A stretch of DNA of 64,000 nt from Squalus acanthias (Eukaryota), in NCBI GenBank assembly GCA_030390025.1, contig JASTWF010000345.1, positions 372,001-436,000 on the forward strand, given 5' to 3'. Below the pieces are notes generated by a model. That model made no database searches, was not told where the DNA came from, and saw only the letters and a list, made by a program, of their open reading frames with translations. The position numbers and the translations under genes are program-made. Position 1 is the first letter of the stretch, and the number at the start of each line of letters is the position of its first letter. Positions 24,942 through 39,094 of this stretch are shown piece after piece.

Positions 24942-25734
24942 ATTGTTAATGACAGTCTTAATTACAGAGCTGATCTGTGAAAGGTAGCTCTTTTCCACAG
25001 ATTTGGGGTAAATGATCAGAAGCAAGTAAGCAACCTAGTCCAGGAATGTTGCATGTCCAGCATATGACTGATGTAAATCTCTCAGTGGTTGTGAATTTTC
25101 TCATTTAGGACCACCAATCCAGGTATATCTCTGAATTGAAACTTTATAAAAATGCAAGAAGCTGTGGAATGACAAAGATTTGTTTAGCTCATTAAGGCCA
25201 TTCTATTCATTTGGCACTTCTCTACTAAGATTTGTCAGTAACTATTATTCACTGTATGTAACTTTTTTTTGTTTCACAACCACCTCCCCCCTCAATTTTC
25301 CTTCTCCTCCTGAAGACAAACACTGGTATAGGATTCCTTGGGTGCAGGTGGTACCTCATCCAACTCGTGTGACTGAGACAAAGGTCAGTTATAGTGTTCG
25401 TGTTGTGATGAGCTGAGTCTCACAGTCTAAGGGTCTTTCTGGTCTGTGTTGCTTAGTACCACACTAGACAGGGTGTTTACACAATGGGCTAGCAATTCAG
25501 TTGCTTTCCACCTTTTATACTACCAGAAATACATTAAACTCCTTCTGGGGAAAAAAAACCTTAATGCAGCATTTTCTTACGGTACTTTGCTCATTTAATT
25601 TTACTTGGTCATGCTGAAATGAAAGGACAATGTGGGAACAACAATGATCACATTTATGAATTATTAGAGGTTAACCCCACTTTGGTCAGGTGCTACCCAC
25701 TGGGGTGTCTAAAATATGAGTATATTTTTAATGA

Positions 25735-25952
25735 TGTCCTAGCCAATATTAATCACTCAATCAACATCACAAAAAAAAGAAAAAAGATTATCTGGTGGTC
25801 ATCACATTGCTGTTTGTGGGAGCTTGCTGTGCGCAAATTGGCTGCTGCATTTCCTACATTACAACAGTTTCAAAGAGTACTTCATTGGCTGTAAAGTGTT
25901 TTGGGACGTCCAGTGGTCGTAAAAGGAGCTATATAAATGCAAGTCTTTCTTT
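25735..25952 (+). mobile_element. Deu-domain SINE 3' half
   Basis: GCTGTTTGTGGGAGCTTGCTGTGCGCAAATTGGCTGC core and CTATATAAATGCAAGTCTTTCTT tail. Confidence 0.8.
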
Positions 25953-26009
25953 CGATACTGGTATTACCTCAAAATAAGTAGGCAATAATTAATTCTCACT
26001 CATTTAAAA

Positions 26010-29000
26010 TAATCAGATGCACTATATTTTATTTATTCTCATGTAACAAGAAACCAACAGTTACAGAAGGACATACCATTAATATATCTGCAATAATACA
26101 TTACATAGAAGTTGTAACAAATAATGCAACATTTACGCTGTTACTACATTCTAGGCTTTTTAAAGTTTGTGTCATTTGTTTGTATTTCATGTATATTTTT
26201 GTTTCTGTACCAAACTACAGCATGTCAAGGAGATGGATTTGAATAGATGCATCGTACAAAAAAAGCAATATAATTGAAGCATACATGTGCAGTTTCTTTG
26301 AACAACACATCACAGATGCATATTTGGGATACTTGCCTTCACCTCAGTGCTCAAGGAATTTACAAGGCAGTACAGCATAAATATACAATGATCTTCATGT
26401 AAATGTCTGTGGGGAGACATTCAAAACCCAGTATGCAAGGTATCTCGGTAACCTCAATCACTGAACTATCATTTGTTTTAAGAGGGGAACAGCTTATTTT
26501 TTAACTCCTCTTTTGTAAAAACTCGGCAGGGAACATACATTATATATTTCCTTAAAAAAAGTTACAAAAAAGAATAAATATTCACAGGACATTTTAGAAG
26601 GATAATATTTAAGAGACTGCACATTCCATCATGTGAACACATGAAGTGAACAGAAAAATTCTACTGATTATCAGACAAGCTGCACAGTGATTGCTTGTCT
26701 TTCTCCATTCTTGTTATGTACCAATGTTTAGTCAACCAAGAATTATTTATCTATTTAAACAATATTCAAATAAAGCTCATTAACGTCTGCTGATATGTCG
26801 CACAAAAACCTCAAAAGAAAAATAAAATATTGTTTGCCCAACATAGTATCACCGTGTAAGCACATAAAAGATGAATATTTACAAAGAGAAATAATAAATG
26901 TGTTCACTTCATAGTATATTTCCAAAGTTTCTAACTCCTAGAGTTTGCTTTCATCTTGTGCAAGTGCTGACATAATTGAAGTATTCAGTGCACTATTAAA
27001 TTCCTTTAAAATTCTAAATTGTGTATTTCAGTGATTGTAAAGTCAGCATAACACAGTGCAACCTATTTTTATAGAAAACTCAGATTGATAAATAAAAAGA
27101 GCACATTATAATTAAATGTCACAACCACACTATAGTACAGGTCAATTTGCATTTGTTTTTCAGTTAGTTTTAATACTTATTTAATAGCAAATTGAGTCAT
27201 GAAGTTAACATGATATAATCTCGTACATATTGTATCGGGGCCATATTACACACAAGTACTGTAAACGGGCACTTCACCATTGCTAATGACCTTGAAGAGA
27301 CATATCCATATTACTAGGCTTGATAAAAAATTAAAACTCAAAGATATTTTTCTTAAACTATCTTTCTTAATTTGCCTTTTAACATTTATTTTAAAAGCAT
27401 TTGTGTATTCATTTTCCAAGACCCTCAGATGTAACTAATGGAATGATTGCATGGGAAAAGATGTGCTTCTGAAATTTGTTTATTCAAAAAATGTTGACAA
27501 TTGTGTTAAAAATTGATGGAACCAAAATAAAGTTGGAATCAAAGGGACAATCAGAGTGAAAGTTATACAAATGAAAGCTTCTGAAATCCAATACTTGGGA
27601 GGTGAAGCACTATCATACAATTTGACATCATGATCTTACACAATGTTAAAAACTGCAAAACAGATTTTTATTTTTAACTCCCACGATAATTTTTCTGTCC
27701 TAATATGTCAGACAGGCTTTAATAGTCAAAATTTCTGATTACTTATCTTTAATTTCTCTCAAATATATAAAAACAAATTGCACCAACAGTTTTTCTTTAT
27801 TAATTTAAATAACAGTCCTCAATCACATATTTACAATTTTGAAAGTTATCATTCATGATATTGAACATAAATATATATTCCATTTATGTTTTGGGAGTAT
27901 CCTAAAAACCAAGGACTGTATTAGAGGGCCAGTGAATATTACGTTGAACAGATCATGGAAGGAAGGAAGGAAGGGCGTAGCAACTATAAGTAAGACTTCT
28001 TTGGTGTGGAACTGGACATGAGTTGGAAAAACAGGAATATTCTAAAATATTTTTGTTCAATTTTAATGAAAAATGACAATATTAAGTAAATGTTGTCTCT
28101 TTATTCTCAATCTTTAACTACGGTCCCATTAACTAGCATGCACTTTCTGGATGAAATGATCTAAAGCATTTTTAGTAGAATACTTTGAAACAGTTCACAA
28201 CCCATCTGTATTTTTTCCCCTTCCTTCTGATGAGCATTGAACCGCTATAGGCGTGTGCATGTTTAATGTACAATCTATACTATGCTTATACTACATACTT
28301 CCATTTTGTTGTTGCAATGTACTTCAGAGTCTTCAGAATATCATGGTTTGTTCTTTTTTGGGGCTGGACACAATAGAAAAATAGGATTTTGTCAGAGAAG
28401 AAATAGTTTATACTGAAATAATGCAACTAATATTATGTTCCAAATTAAGTGTATTTAAACTTAACTACTGAATATAATCCCACAAATCAATTGAGAGAAA
28501 ATCTGATTTTATAGATAGGAAGTACTAACCAATGATAAAGAAAAGCTGTTTACACAAGTAGGGAGAGGCAAGAAACATTGTGAACAAAGAATAAAAATAA
28601 AGACAACACTAAAAACACTCGTTAAATACATAACTGAGAATTTATGACGGCTGACTATAACTGAAAACAACTCGTCATAGGTGAAGATAGCTATTGATAC
28701 TGATAGTGAAATCATAGGTGCATGTACAAAGAACATGTTTACAATTTCACTAAAAGCAGAAAGCAGCAGAAATCTTGCCACAGCATTTAGTCTGGGGTAA
28801 AACCAAGCATAAAGTCACCTTTTTACACATTTGTCTTTATGTTACAATTAAGTCAGTGCGCTAGCTAGTACAGGACAAAATGGATGGTCTGAGGCCACAA
28901 GGTTAAAAGGACAACAACAGTATTTGAAGAATCCTATGGCTCCTGCTCAGTACAGTGTTGCAACCCCATAGATTTTAACTCTGCTTTTTGAATGAGTCCC

Positions 29001-29789
29001 TCCATTATGGAGTCTTTAGCAAGAACAGACTTGCAGCAATAATGCTTTTCCAGGGTCTGAACTGACAAAGAGTTGGGTATAAATCTAACCCCAGACTTCG
29101 TAGAAGCTAAAGAGATCCCATTATAAACATGGTTTTTGTATTCTTCCAAAAAGCTAAGCAGGCGATCCTCATGATAGTACAAACCGTTTTAAACACTGCA
29201 GCTCACCCCATCAGCTGTGGATTTATCTATGTTCCTTGCAAGATCCCAGCTGGAGCACTGTCAGAAATGTTCACAGTGCTTCACTAGCTATTTCATTTCA
29301 ATTGTATACAAAGGTATGCTGATTTTTGTAAAACATATGCAATGTCTTTCATGCCACTGTTGATTGCTTTGTAATGCTGACATCAGAGGATTTCCTGGCA
29401 TGCTCAAGATAGTTTCAAAAAAAATCTTCAGAATTTCAATGTTGCCAGTGAAATCTGAATGAGCTTTACAAAAACGCTACCCTACCACAGAAAATCAAAA
29501 GACTGACAGACAAGAGCCTGTAAAGCAGCACAGATCATTTATCAGCAAAGTGGATCTCTAAACAAACTATTAAAAAAAACGAGGTGGTTCTTGCATGTCA
29601 TGGTTTAGCATTCAAGATGTCAAATTCAGAGCACAAGCACAAATAAACCCACACAATGCTAATGGCAAGAATTGTCTTAAAGACAGCAGCCATTCGCTAA
29701 CATGACAGTATCAACGAGAGAATAGGTTCTTGAATTCCTTTGCTTTTCTGCTTCTTTAGCTGCTCTTTGGAACTGGCGATGGTGATAAC
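26010..29789 (-). other. Putative non-coding terminal exon (3' UTR) of the upstream gene, probably CDK14 by synteny
   Basis: Minus-strand acceptor TTTCTTCTTTTTATTGAAG|G at 29790/29789. Overlapping AATAAATAAA at 26028-26037. Repeat-free and AT-rich, with TGTAAATA Pumilio elements (26876-26883, 27828-27835). No coding exon seen, so gene identity is inference only. Confidence 0.45.
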
Positions 29790-32289
29790 CTTCAATAAAA
29801 AGAAGAAACAATCACATCACTGTTGTCATTAGAGTGAACCTCACAGTTTTGCTTTTACCAACACCAAGTCAATATGGTATTGGGAATCTCCGCTTTCTCT
29901 GACATGTAGGAAATACAGAGGACTGACTGACACTATTATTCTAAAACAATATGCTTACACTTTGGAGTCACAAGTTTACAATCATTTATGAAGGACACAA
30001 GGCTGAAAGTGAAATTAATTCTGGCTATTTAATGAACTCTTTTAAAACAGGGAACAGAAAAACAGATTTTCCCCTCTCCTAAAATGTTCACCTAGTCCAA
30101 CTTAATAAAGAACTATTGTAGAACTCAAACGATTGTGACTGAAATTAGAATGATATTTTTACCCATGTATCTCTAGGGGTAGTAAGGCTCAGTTGACTAG
30201 AATAAGTAGGAACGTTGTACATAAACAGACAAAGTCAAATAATGCATTTAACTTAACAAAATGACCAATATACTGCTTGAAAGTAATATGCTTTTATATT
30301 CCATCTTGTATGGAAGTCTGTCTTCATTTGAAGAAACATTTTGACGTTTATTAGCTGTGTTGATTTCCTTGCAGTCAGTTTGAAATATTTTCAGACAGCA
30401 TTTTAGATGGAATCTGCTTCAACAAATATGCAACAATCACATTATAATAAATATTAGACACATCACACCAGTACATTCAATCTGATATAAACAGACCAGA
30501 TGTTAACATTTGGAGGCTACACTAATAGCACCAATTAACACTGAATACTATTGCTTGGCTAATCTAGTTTATACTTTTCAATTAACTATCATTTACGAAG
30601 TGTCCCTCTGGATTTTAGTCTTTCCATTTGACTCCACAAGTATCTGCAATTACAGTATTTGGCAATGCAGCCACATAGAGAGTAATATTTACTAAATCTA
30701 ATCAATTGTTTTCCACAAACAATCAAAAGAAACCTACAAAGTACTGATTATTTCAGTTATACATAATAATACATAATGATTCTTCATGAGAATTATCAGT
30801 ACACGGTAGCTCTAAATCCACTCAGGTTGAAGTTACATTACAGAGATCACAAAACAATTCAGCCTCAAACTAACTAATCACAAAACCAGTCCACTAGTCA
30901 CAAATCCATTCAGCCTAAAATTACAGTCCACTAATCACAAATATATTCCATCTGAAACTGCTGCTGCTGTTACCTATATTTTATAACATTTGTATTCAAC
31001 TGTTATCCTATTGCAGCTCGACAAGCTCCAAGTGCTGAATAATTAATTGGCCCATCAGTACCCATAATGCATTCCCATCCTGACCTACATGCACTTTGAA
31101 CTAAATATTTTTTGTCTCCTTTTTTCTTAGAACCAGCTGACAGCACCACATGATGGAAAAGATGAAAAATTAAAACGAGCGCTCCTGTAGGGTAGGTGAG
31201 TGACCTGTGGGAGAAAACTCAGCCGGAGAAGATTTTCGCACCTAGCATCAGACAGCTACAAATTGATTAGTTAGTCTGAGGAACTGCCACCAACCAGGCT
31301 CGAGAGACTAATTAAAGAGAGTACTGCCTGCACAGGCACCCCATTGACACCAAATTTGCTCAGCTGGGGCCATGAGGGAGCCTGCATTATCTCTACAGCT
31401 GTGGTTTCTCTTGTCTGACTTACATTATAGATAGTGGATGAGCGCTGCTCTCTTCCTTCCCCCTAAAAAAGACTAAATTATAAATAGCCTCGTCAGTGCT
31501 TTTATACGAGTGATCCAGGTTAGCTAAATAATATGTAAAAAGTTAATCGGCTGACAGATGTCAAAGTCAAACTCTGATTCACTGGAACAGATTATGATAC
31601 TAAATAAAAGTATATGGTTCACGCTTTAAATTCAATTTTACTGGTGAGATGCCTAACAGTGGACACAATATGTAGTTCTGGCAAATACTGTTTAAAAAAG
31701 GCAGTTACAAATAAGCAATGAAACTATGATTACAAAGTGTTCCCTAAATCAGTTAATCACATCGGGTCACATTTTCCTTTTTTGTCAAAACATAGGCTCA
31801 ATGGCCTTTTTCATTATTTATGAATTGCCACCAGAATGGCAGGAATGCACAGTTTTGAAATGTATAATTTCCTTGAATGCAATTTTGTTAGAGAAAATTA
31901 AAAACAACCAATCACAATGTACCTGCAATAATTAACACTTCTGAAGCAGCTACTGAGCCACTTAACCTGCATGAATTTTGTAAAGTTCAGTTATCCTGCT
32001 GTGGAATACACAATCTTTTTGCAAAATGGTTGAGCATCAAGTTTGAAAAGGCCAATTTTTCCTGTGACACCCTTTGTGTCCCTTTCAGCTATATTATGGA
32101 GAAATTTCAGTGTCTTTTTGTTGCAGGAAGACAGCTCAACATGGTAGAAACTGAACAAGCATATGATGTCAGAGAGAATGTGAACTCCATGTCCAGTAAT
32201 GCAGTGACCTGGCTGGAGTTCCGAAAGGAATTCAGAGATTTAAAATTTAATGCATAAATTTAAGGCAAGAATATTGTTGTAAAGTAGAT

Positions 32290-32800
32290 CAGCTGCCCGT
32301 GTCCTAACTCGCACCAAGTCTCATTTACCCATCACCCCTGTGCTCGCTGACCTACATTGGCGTCCGGTTAAGCAACATCTCGATTTTAAAATTCTCATCC
32401 TTGTTTTCAAATCCCTCCATGGCCTCGCCCCTCCCTATCTCTGTAATCTCCTCCAGCCCCACAAACCTCCACCCACCACCCCCATCCCAACCCCAGAGAT
32501 ATCTGCGCTCCTCTAATTCTGGCCTCTTGAGCATCCTTAATTTTAATCGCTCAACCATTGGTGGCCGTGCCTTGAACTGCCTAAGTCCTAAGCTCTGGAA
32601 TTCCCTCCCTAAACCTCTCCACCTCTCTGTCCTCCTTTAAGATGCTCCTTAAAACCTTCCTCTTTGACCAAGCTTTTGGTCACCTGCTCTGATTTCTCCT
32701 TTTGTAGCTCGGTGTCGAATTTTGTTTTATAACACTCCTGTGACATGCCTTGGGACATTTTACTACATTAAAGGTGCTATATAAATATAAGTTGTTGTTG
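32290..32800 (+). mobile_element. L2 LINE 3' fragment
   Basis: HITPVLADLHW-like motif, LWNSLP and the tail shared with 17920-18868. Confidence 0.85.
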
Positions 32801-34319
32801 TAGTAAGTAGTACATGACATATATGGAGATGAATTGTTAATTGTTAAATACATGCAAAAACACTCTACCTGCTACATATCTGTAGACATTTCTCTGTGTG
32901 AGTAATGTGGTAGAAGTGAAATAAGTAGGGTTACACAACTTATACAAGTCATGATGGCAACAAGAAAATGCTTCAGAAATTAATTTCCACTAGTCAAAAT
33001 CACCCACTCTCAATTGCCATTGCCCTTATGTTTAAAGTCACAATTCACAGATAACTGCAGGACACAATTTGTGGAGCATACCAGCATAAACCTCTCTGAA
33101 TATGTTGAGAGAATTATGGATTTATTTTGGAGAGACTCTGGAAATGCTTCGGATTGTCGATGTTGTAGGGTTACACAGACCAACTGGCATGTACAAGTCA
33201 ACTGGTATTTATCATATTAATCAGATCTTCTAATCTTTGTGAAACATTTGACAACAGCATGTACAAACACATTATTGTGTGACAATAATAGAATAAAAAA
33301 TAGATGTGTATTTATGGCCCAGAGCTTCCTCAGAGCAGCTCTGAGGAAATTGCTGTATACTTATTTCTAATGCCCATCTGCTCCCTTTATAAAGCAAATA
33401 CCACGGCACCAACTATCACCACTGACAATTGAATCAGATACCCACACAGCTGCACACATTTAGGAAGAAGATCTTAATGAGGTTGAGGAGGAGGGTGAAG
33501 CACAGATCACCGGTGAGGAAGTGGTACCAGTGTGGGGGTTAATGAGTAATCAGCAAGTATAGGATGCAATTCCAGATTGCTCCTACTGACTTGCACTGGG
33601 ATGCCTACCTTAGTGGAGAATGTTAGAAAACATGGCCTATGTTGAACAGCAACTTGTCTCCATGCACAATAATGGAAGGTATGCTAAAGATGGACAAAAT
33701 GCAATCTGTCATTAAGCACGTGGAAACAACAATGGCAACCTCAGTTATGCAGGTCATAGAGACATGCATCTCTCAAAAGTGCTCCCATTGCGGCTATGAA
33801 AGCTTTGGAATCCATTCTCCAACAAGCAATCACAGCCGGCTTCAACTCACTTAGAAAACAGTTGCTGGAAACCACGATGAAGGGATTAAGAGATCTCATA
33901 GATATCCAGGGTTTTGTGCTCATATAGATCTGTATGTGCTGGGAGAGATTCTCCTGCAGCAATGACAAACAGAGTAGCATAGGACCAGCTGGTTGCCATT
34001 TATGCCCTTGACAGTTTTGTGCCATCAGCTAACACAGCACAAATGACGATAGATGCTGTCTTTGAAAATGAACAACCCACAGCAAACCAGTAAAGGAGAC
34101 ATGTGACACTGATGCAGGTTAATTGGTGTATTCATTGCAGCTGGTCAATTCGCTGCGCACTCACCCACTAGTGGTGCTCCTTCAACTGGAGGAGCAGTAG
34201 GGCATATAAGCAACTAACATGCAGAGGTTCATAGCACAAAAGAGAAAATGCATCAGCAAAATATATTAAATAAAATGGCAAGTTGTGAAATTGAATCCAA
34301 TAAACCTGGTATTGTGTGG

Positions 34320-34535
34320 GCTAGCACCAAAAAACAAAATGAGCACGAAAGTTGCCAAATTGTCATAAAAACCCAACTGGTTCACTAATGTCCTTCAGGG
34401 AAGGGAACCCGCTACGCCTACTCATGACTCCAGTTCGGCACTGTGAGATTGACTCTTACCACCCTCCGGGCAACAAGGAATGGTCTATCAATACTGTCAT
34501 CAGTGTAGCCCACATCCCAAGAACAAATTAAAAAA
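34320..34535 (+). mobile_element. Diverged SINE-like repeat sharing a 3' tail with the CR1-clade LINE at 42205
   Basis: Tail GCCCACATCCCAAGAACAAATTAAAAA resembles the reverse complement of 42205-42235. Confidence 0.45.
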
Positions 34536-34635
34536 TGTGCACTGAAACATAAAGTAAAATGTATTCATTTAATATATCTTGCAATGTTATTCTTTCATTC
34601 TACATTAAGGAAAGTGGCAGTTATCCAAAAGTAAA

Positions 34636-37460
34636 CCTAACAACAACTTGCATTTCCATAGCACTTTTAACATAGGCAGTGTTCCAAAGCACTTTACAGA
34701 GGTGGGGGGGGGGGGGTGGTAGAAACAGGAATAATAATGCAATGCCAAGCCTTGGACAGAGATTAGGAGGGGTGACCAAAAGATTGGTCAAAAAGATGGG
34801 TCTTAGATGGTTTTTAAAGATAGAGCGAGAGAAAAGGAGCAGTGGAGGGGATTTAATGAGGGAGTTCCAGGGATTACATACATAGATACATAGATACATA
34901 GATACATAGAAGATAGGAGCAGGAGTAGGCCATCCGGCCCTTCGAGCCTGCTCCGCCATTTAATGAGATCATGGCTGATCCTTCAATTCAGTATCCCGTC
35001 CCCGCCTTCTCTCCGTAACCCTTAACCCCTTTTGCCTGTAGAAATATATCTAATTCCCTCTTAAATATATTTAATGAGCTGGCGTACACTGCCCTCTGTG
35101 GCAATGAGTTCCACAGGTTCACCACTCTCTGAGTGAAGAAATTCCCCCTCATTTCTGTCCTAAATGGTTTAGCCCTTATCCTTAAATTATGTCCTCTAGT
35201 TCTGTTCTCACCCGCCAAGGGAAACATTCCTTCTGCATCTAATCTGTCTAGACCTGTCAGAATTTTATACACTTCTATGAGGTCCCCTCTCAATCTTCTA
35301 AACTCCAGTGTGTACATCCCTAAACTACATAGTCTCTCCTCATAGGTCAATCCCGCCATTCCTGGTATCAGCCTGGTGAATCGCCGCTGCACCCCCTCCA
35401 TGGCAAGAACATCTTTCCTCAGATGAGGCGACCAAAACTGTACACAGTACTCGAGGTGTGGTCTCACCAGTGCCCTGTACAGCTGCAGCAAGGTATCCCT
35501 GTTCCTGTATTCCAACCCTTTTGCTATGAAGGCCAGCATACCGTTTGCCTTCTTGACCGCCTGTTGCACCTGCATGCTCGCCTTCAGTGACTGGTGTACA
35601 AGAACACCCAGGTCTCTCTGTACTTCCCCCTCTCCCAATTTATTGCCATTTAAATAATAATTTGCCCTCCCGTTCCTGCACCCAAGGTGGATAACTTCGC
35701 ACTTGTCCACATTATAGTGCATCTGCCATTTATCCGCCCAATCACCCAGTCTGTCCAAATCGCTCTGGAGCTTCCTGGTCTCCTCCTCTGAGCCCACCCC
35801 CCCTCCTAGTTTAGTGTCGTCTGCAAATTTGGAAATGCTGCATTCGACTCCCTGATCCAGGTCATTAATATAAATTGTGAACAGCTGGGGACCCAGGACA
35901 GATCCCTGTGGTACCCCACTTGTTACTGCCTGCCATTCAGAAAATGAGCCGTTTATTCCAACTCTCTGTTTTCTATCTGACAGCCAGTTCTCTATCCACG
36001 TCAATACTTTCCCCTTTATCCCATGAGCTTCAATTTTCCATGCTAATCTTTTATGTGGGACCTTATCGAAGGCCTTTTGGAAGTCCAGGTACACCACATC
36101 TACTGGCTCTCCCCCATCTATTTTACCAGTTACTCCCTCAAAAAATTCCAATAGATTAGTCAAGCACGATTTACCCTTTGTAAATCCATGTTGACTCTGT
36201 CCTATCCTGTCCCCATTTGCTAAGTGCTCGGCTATTTCATCCTTAATGATGGACTCCAGCATTTTGCCCACAACTGATGTAAGGCTTACAGGTCTGTAAT
36301 TACCTGCTTTTTCCCTACCCCCCTTTTTGAATAGTGGGGTAACGTTAGCTACCCTCCAATCCATGGGCACTGTTCCCGAGTCTAATGAATTCTGAAAAAT
36401 CATGCTTAGTGCATCCGCTATCTCTAGGGCCACCTCCTTCAGTACCCTAGGATGCATGTTATCAGGCCCTGGGGATTTGTCCGCCTTCAATCCCTTTAGC
36501 TTCCTTAACACCATATCCTTAGAGATATTGATTTGCGTCAGTTCCTCCTTTGCCAATGTCCCTATTTTTCCCGATATCCCAGGGAGGTTTTTTGTGTCTT
36601 CCTTCGTAAAGACTGACCCAAAGTATGCATTTAGTTGGTCTGCCATTTCCTTATTTCCCATTATATATTCCCCCGTATCTGACTGCAATGGACCAACTTT
36701 GGTTTTCACCAGTCTTTTCCTCTTGACATACTTATAAAAGCTTTTGGAGTTAGTTTTTATATTTTCCGCCAGCTTGCTTTCGTAAGCTATTTTGCCCTTC
36801 TTGATTAAGCCCTTTGCCCTCCTTTGCTCTATCTTAAACTGTTCCCAATCTTCCGCTCTGGCGCGTTTTTTGGCTATTTTATACGCCCTATCTTTGGATT
36901 TTATGCTGTCTCTAATTTCCCCTGTTATCCACGGTTGAGTCACCTTTTTAGATTTCCTTTTATGCCAGATTGGTATAAACAATTTTTGCAATTTTGTCAT
37001 TCTATCTTTAAATGCTTGCCATTGTTTATCTACCTCCAGTCCTCCCAGGAACGTTGTCCAATCAGACCTACTCAGTTCCCGTCTAATGGCATCATAATTC
37101 CCCTTGTTTAAATTCAGGACCTTAGTCTCTGAGTCAATTTCTTCGCTCTCCATTTCGAGTGAGAAATCGATCATGTTATGATCGCTCTGACCCAAGGGTC
37201 CCCGTACAACAAGATTACTAATTAGTCCCTTCTCATTGCACAGTACCCAGTCCAATATAGCCTGTTCCCGAGTTGGTTCCTCGACATATTGATCCAGATA
37301 ACCATCCCTTAAACACTCAAGGAATTCCTCCTCCTCATTATTTTTACTGATTAGGCTAGTCCAATCTATATGGATTAGGGCCAAGGTGACTCTAGATTCT
37401 GCCACCAATGCTGGAGCAAAGGAAGGGGATGCACAAAAGGTCAGAGAGGACCAAAGGATG
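34636..37460 (-). mobile_element. Old L2 3' end, split by the CR1 insertion at 34877-37371
   Basis: L2 tail ACAACAACTTGCATTTCCATAGCAC at ~34639. L2 sequence resumes after the duplicated GGATTA. Confidence 0.7.
34877..37371 (-). mobile_element. Young 5'-truncated CR1 LINE with uninterrupted ORF2 (end of endonuclease, RT, C-terminus)
   Basis: Stop-free frame from ~37370 to 34988 with SDHN, YRPVSLTS, LDFQKAFDKV, PQGSVLGP and FADD motifs. (TATGTATC)n tail. GGATTA TSD at 34871-34876 and 37372-37377. Confidence 0.95.
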
Positions 37461-37464
37461 CATA

Positions 37465-38250
37465 AAATTTACAAAGAAATTACAACATGGAAACAGGCTC
37501 TTCAGCTCATCACACAAGCAGTAGTCCTAATCCTACATGCTTGTTCTGTTCCAATATCCCTTTATTCCCTCTTTCCTTCAACCACCTATCTAACCGATTC
37601 TTGAAAGTTAAAATGGTCGCTGCTTCATTCATCAACTCCAGTCGTGCATTCTATAGCTTCACAACCCCTTATATTAAAAAAAGTTTCTCCTGCTTTCTCT
37701 CCCAAATCTTAAACTTAATCCCTATGTTCCCTTGTTCTAGATCCCTAAACCACTGGAAACAGTCTGTTTCTATCTACTCTGTCTCATCCTTCATAATTTT
37801 AAACATCGCTATCAAATCACTCCACAATCTCCACTGTTCTAATGAAAACAGATCCAATTTTTCAAGTCTTTCTTTTTATTTGTATTTCCTCATATCAAGC
37901 AGTATCCTAATGAGTCTTTGCTGTACCATCTCTATTGCCTCAACATCTGTTCTATAAAGTGGAGCCCAAAATTGAACACAGTACTCCAATTCTGGTCTTA
38001 CTATGGTTTTACATAAGTTCATCATTACATCTCGACTTTTATACACCTTTTGCCATAAAACACAGCATTCCATTAGCTTTAAAAAAGTGCAGCTGCTTTT
38101 AAACCTGAACCCCTAAATCCATCTGCCCTTTCACATTATCCAGCCCTCCCATAAAGTATTATTACTTTATCTTTTTTCACCAACATGTACCACCTCACAC
38201 TTACTGATACTGAATTCCATGTGCCACTTTTGTGCCCATTCCACCATTTT
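37465..38250 (-). mobile_element. Diverged CR1 3' fragment
   Basis: YKSRDVMMNLCKTIVRPELEYCVQFWAP motif in ORF 37876-38073. Confidence 0.8.
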
Positions 38251-39094
38251 TTTTTCCAATATCCCGTTGCAGCTTCCTTTGGTCCTCAGAATTTTTTACT
38301 ATGGCTCCTATTTTATCCTCTGCAGTTTTGGACACCACTCTCTCTAGCACTATATCCCTTTTTGATTTTCTCTTACCCTGCGCAATTTTTGCAGTTTTTC
38401 ATGACTTGACTTCAACACCACCTTTAAAAAGCTGAGTAAAATCAGCTTCTCCCTCTTAACTTTCATAAACCTATTTTTTTTGACAAGAACAATTATCAGA
38501 ACAATGCAAAAAACAGTCAATAGGTCTTTTACTGCTTTTTAACCAGATAAGCAGCACTTATTTTTGCAAATCTACATTTTTGATCAATATGGTTCGTGGT
38601 TTATAAATATCTAAACAGTAAGAGCAATATTTGTGTTCATAGGTTTTCATTTTCTAATATAAGGCAAATCTATATAACTACAAACTCTAGATAGAAAAGC
38701 ACACAATATTATAGCAAAAATCATAATCTGAGACCAATAAACATTCGCTATTAAATTGTTACAAAATGTATATGAATGCAGGATAAGCTCTACTCCTTAC
38801 ATATGCACGAGTCATACAAATACCTTCCAGATCAGAATTCCCAATCCTCTCTCTTCCAGCAACCTGGGACACTACAAGACTAGAATTCTGTGTATATGGC
38901 CAGTCATAATTAAAGGCTGATGCACTGTCAAATGCTGGTTTGAAGAATCCCCTCCTTCCCAGAGACACTGACAAGGATTTCTGTTCTCTCCTTTTATTGC
39001 TAAAGGTGAGAAATTGCCAATGACAGCAAATTAAAGAAATAGGTAAAGGTGATATAATAGCTGCAGTTTAACATGTGCACCCCATCTGAAGTTC

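Noticed and set aside
34988..37408. 806-aa ORF as a host gene or autonomous element
   Set aside because: It is a 5'-truncated CR1 ORF2 lacking most of the endonuclease domain; the start codon lies in flanking L2 sequence.
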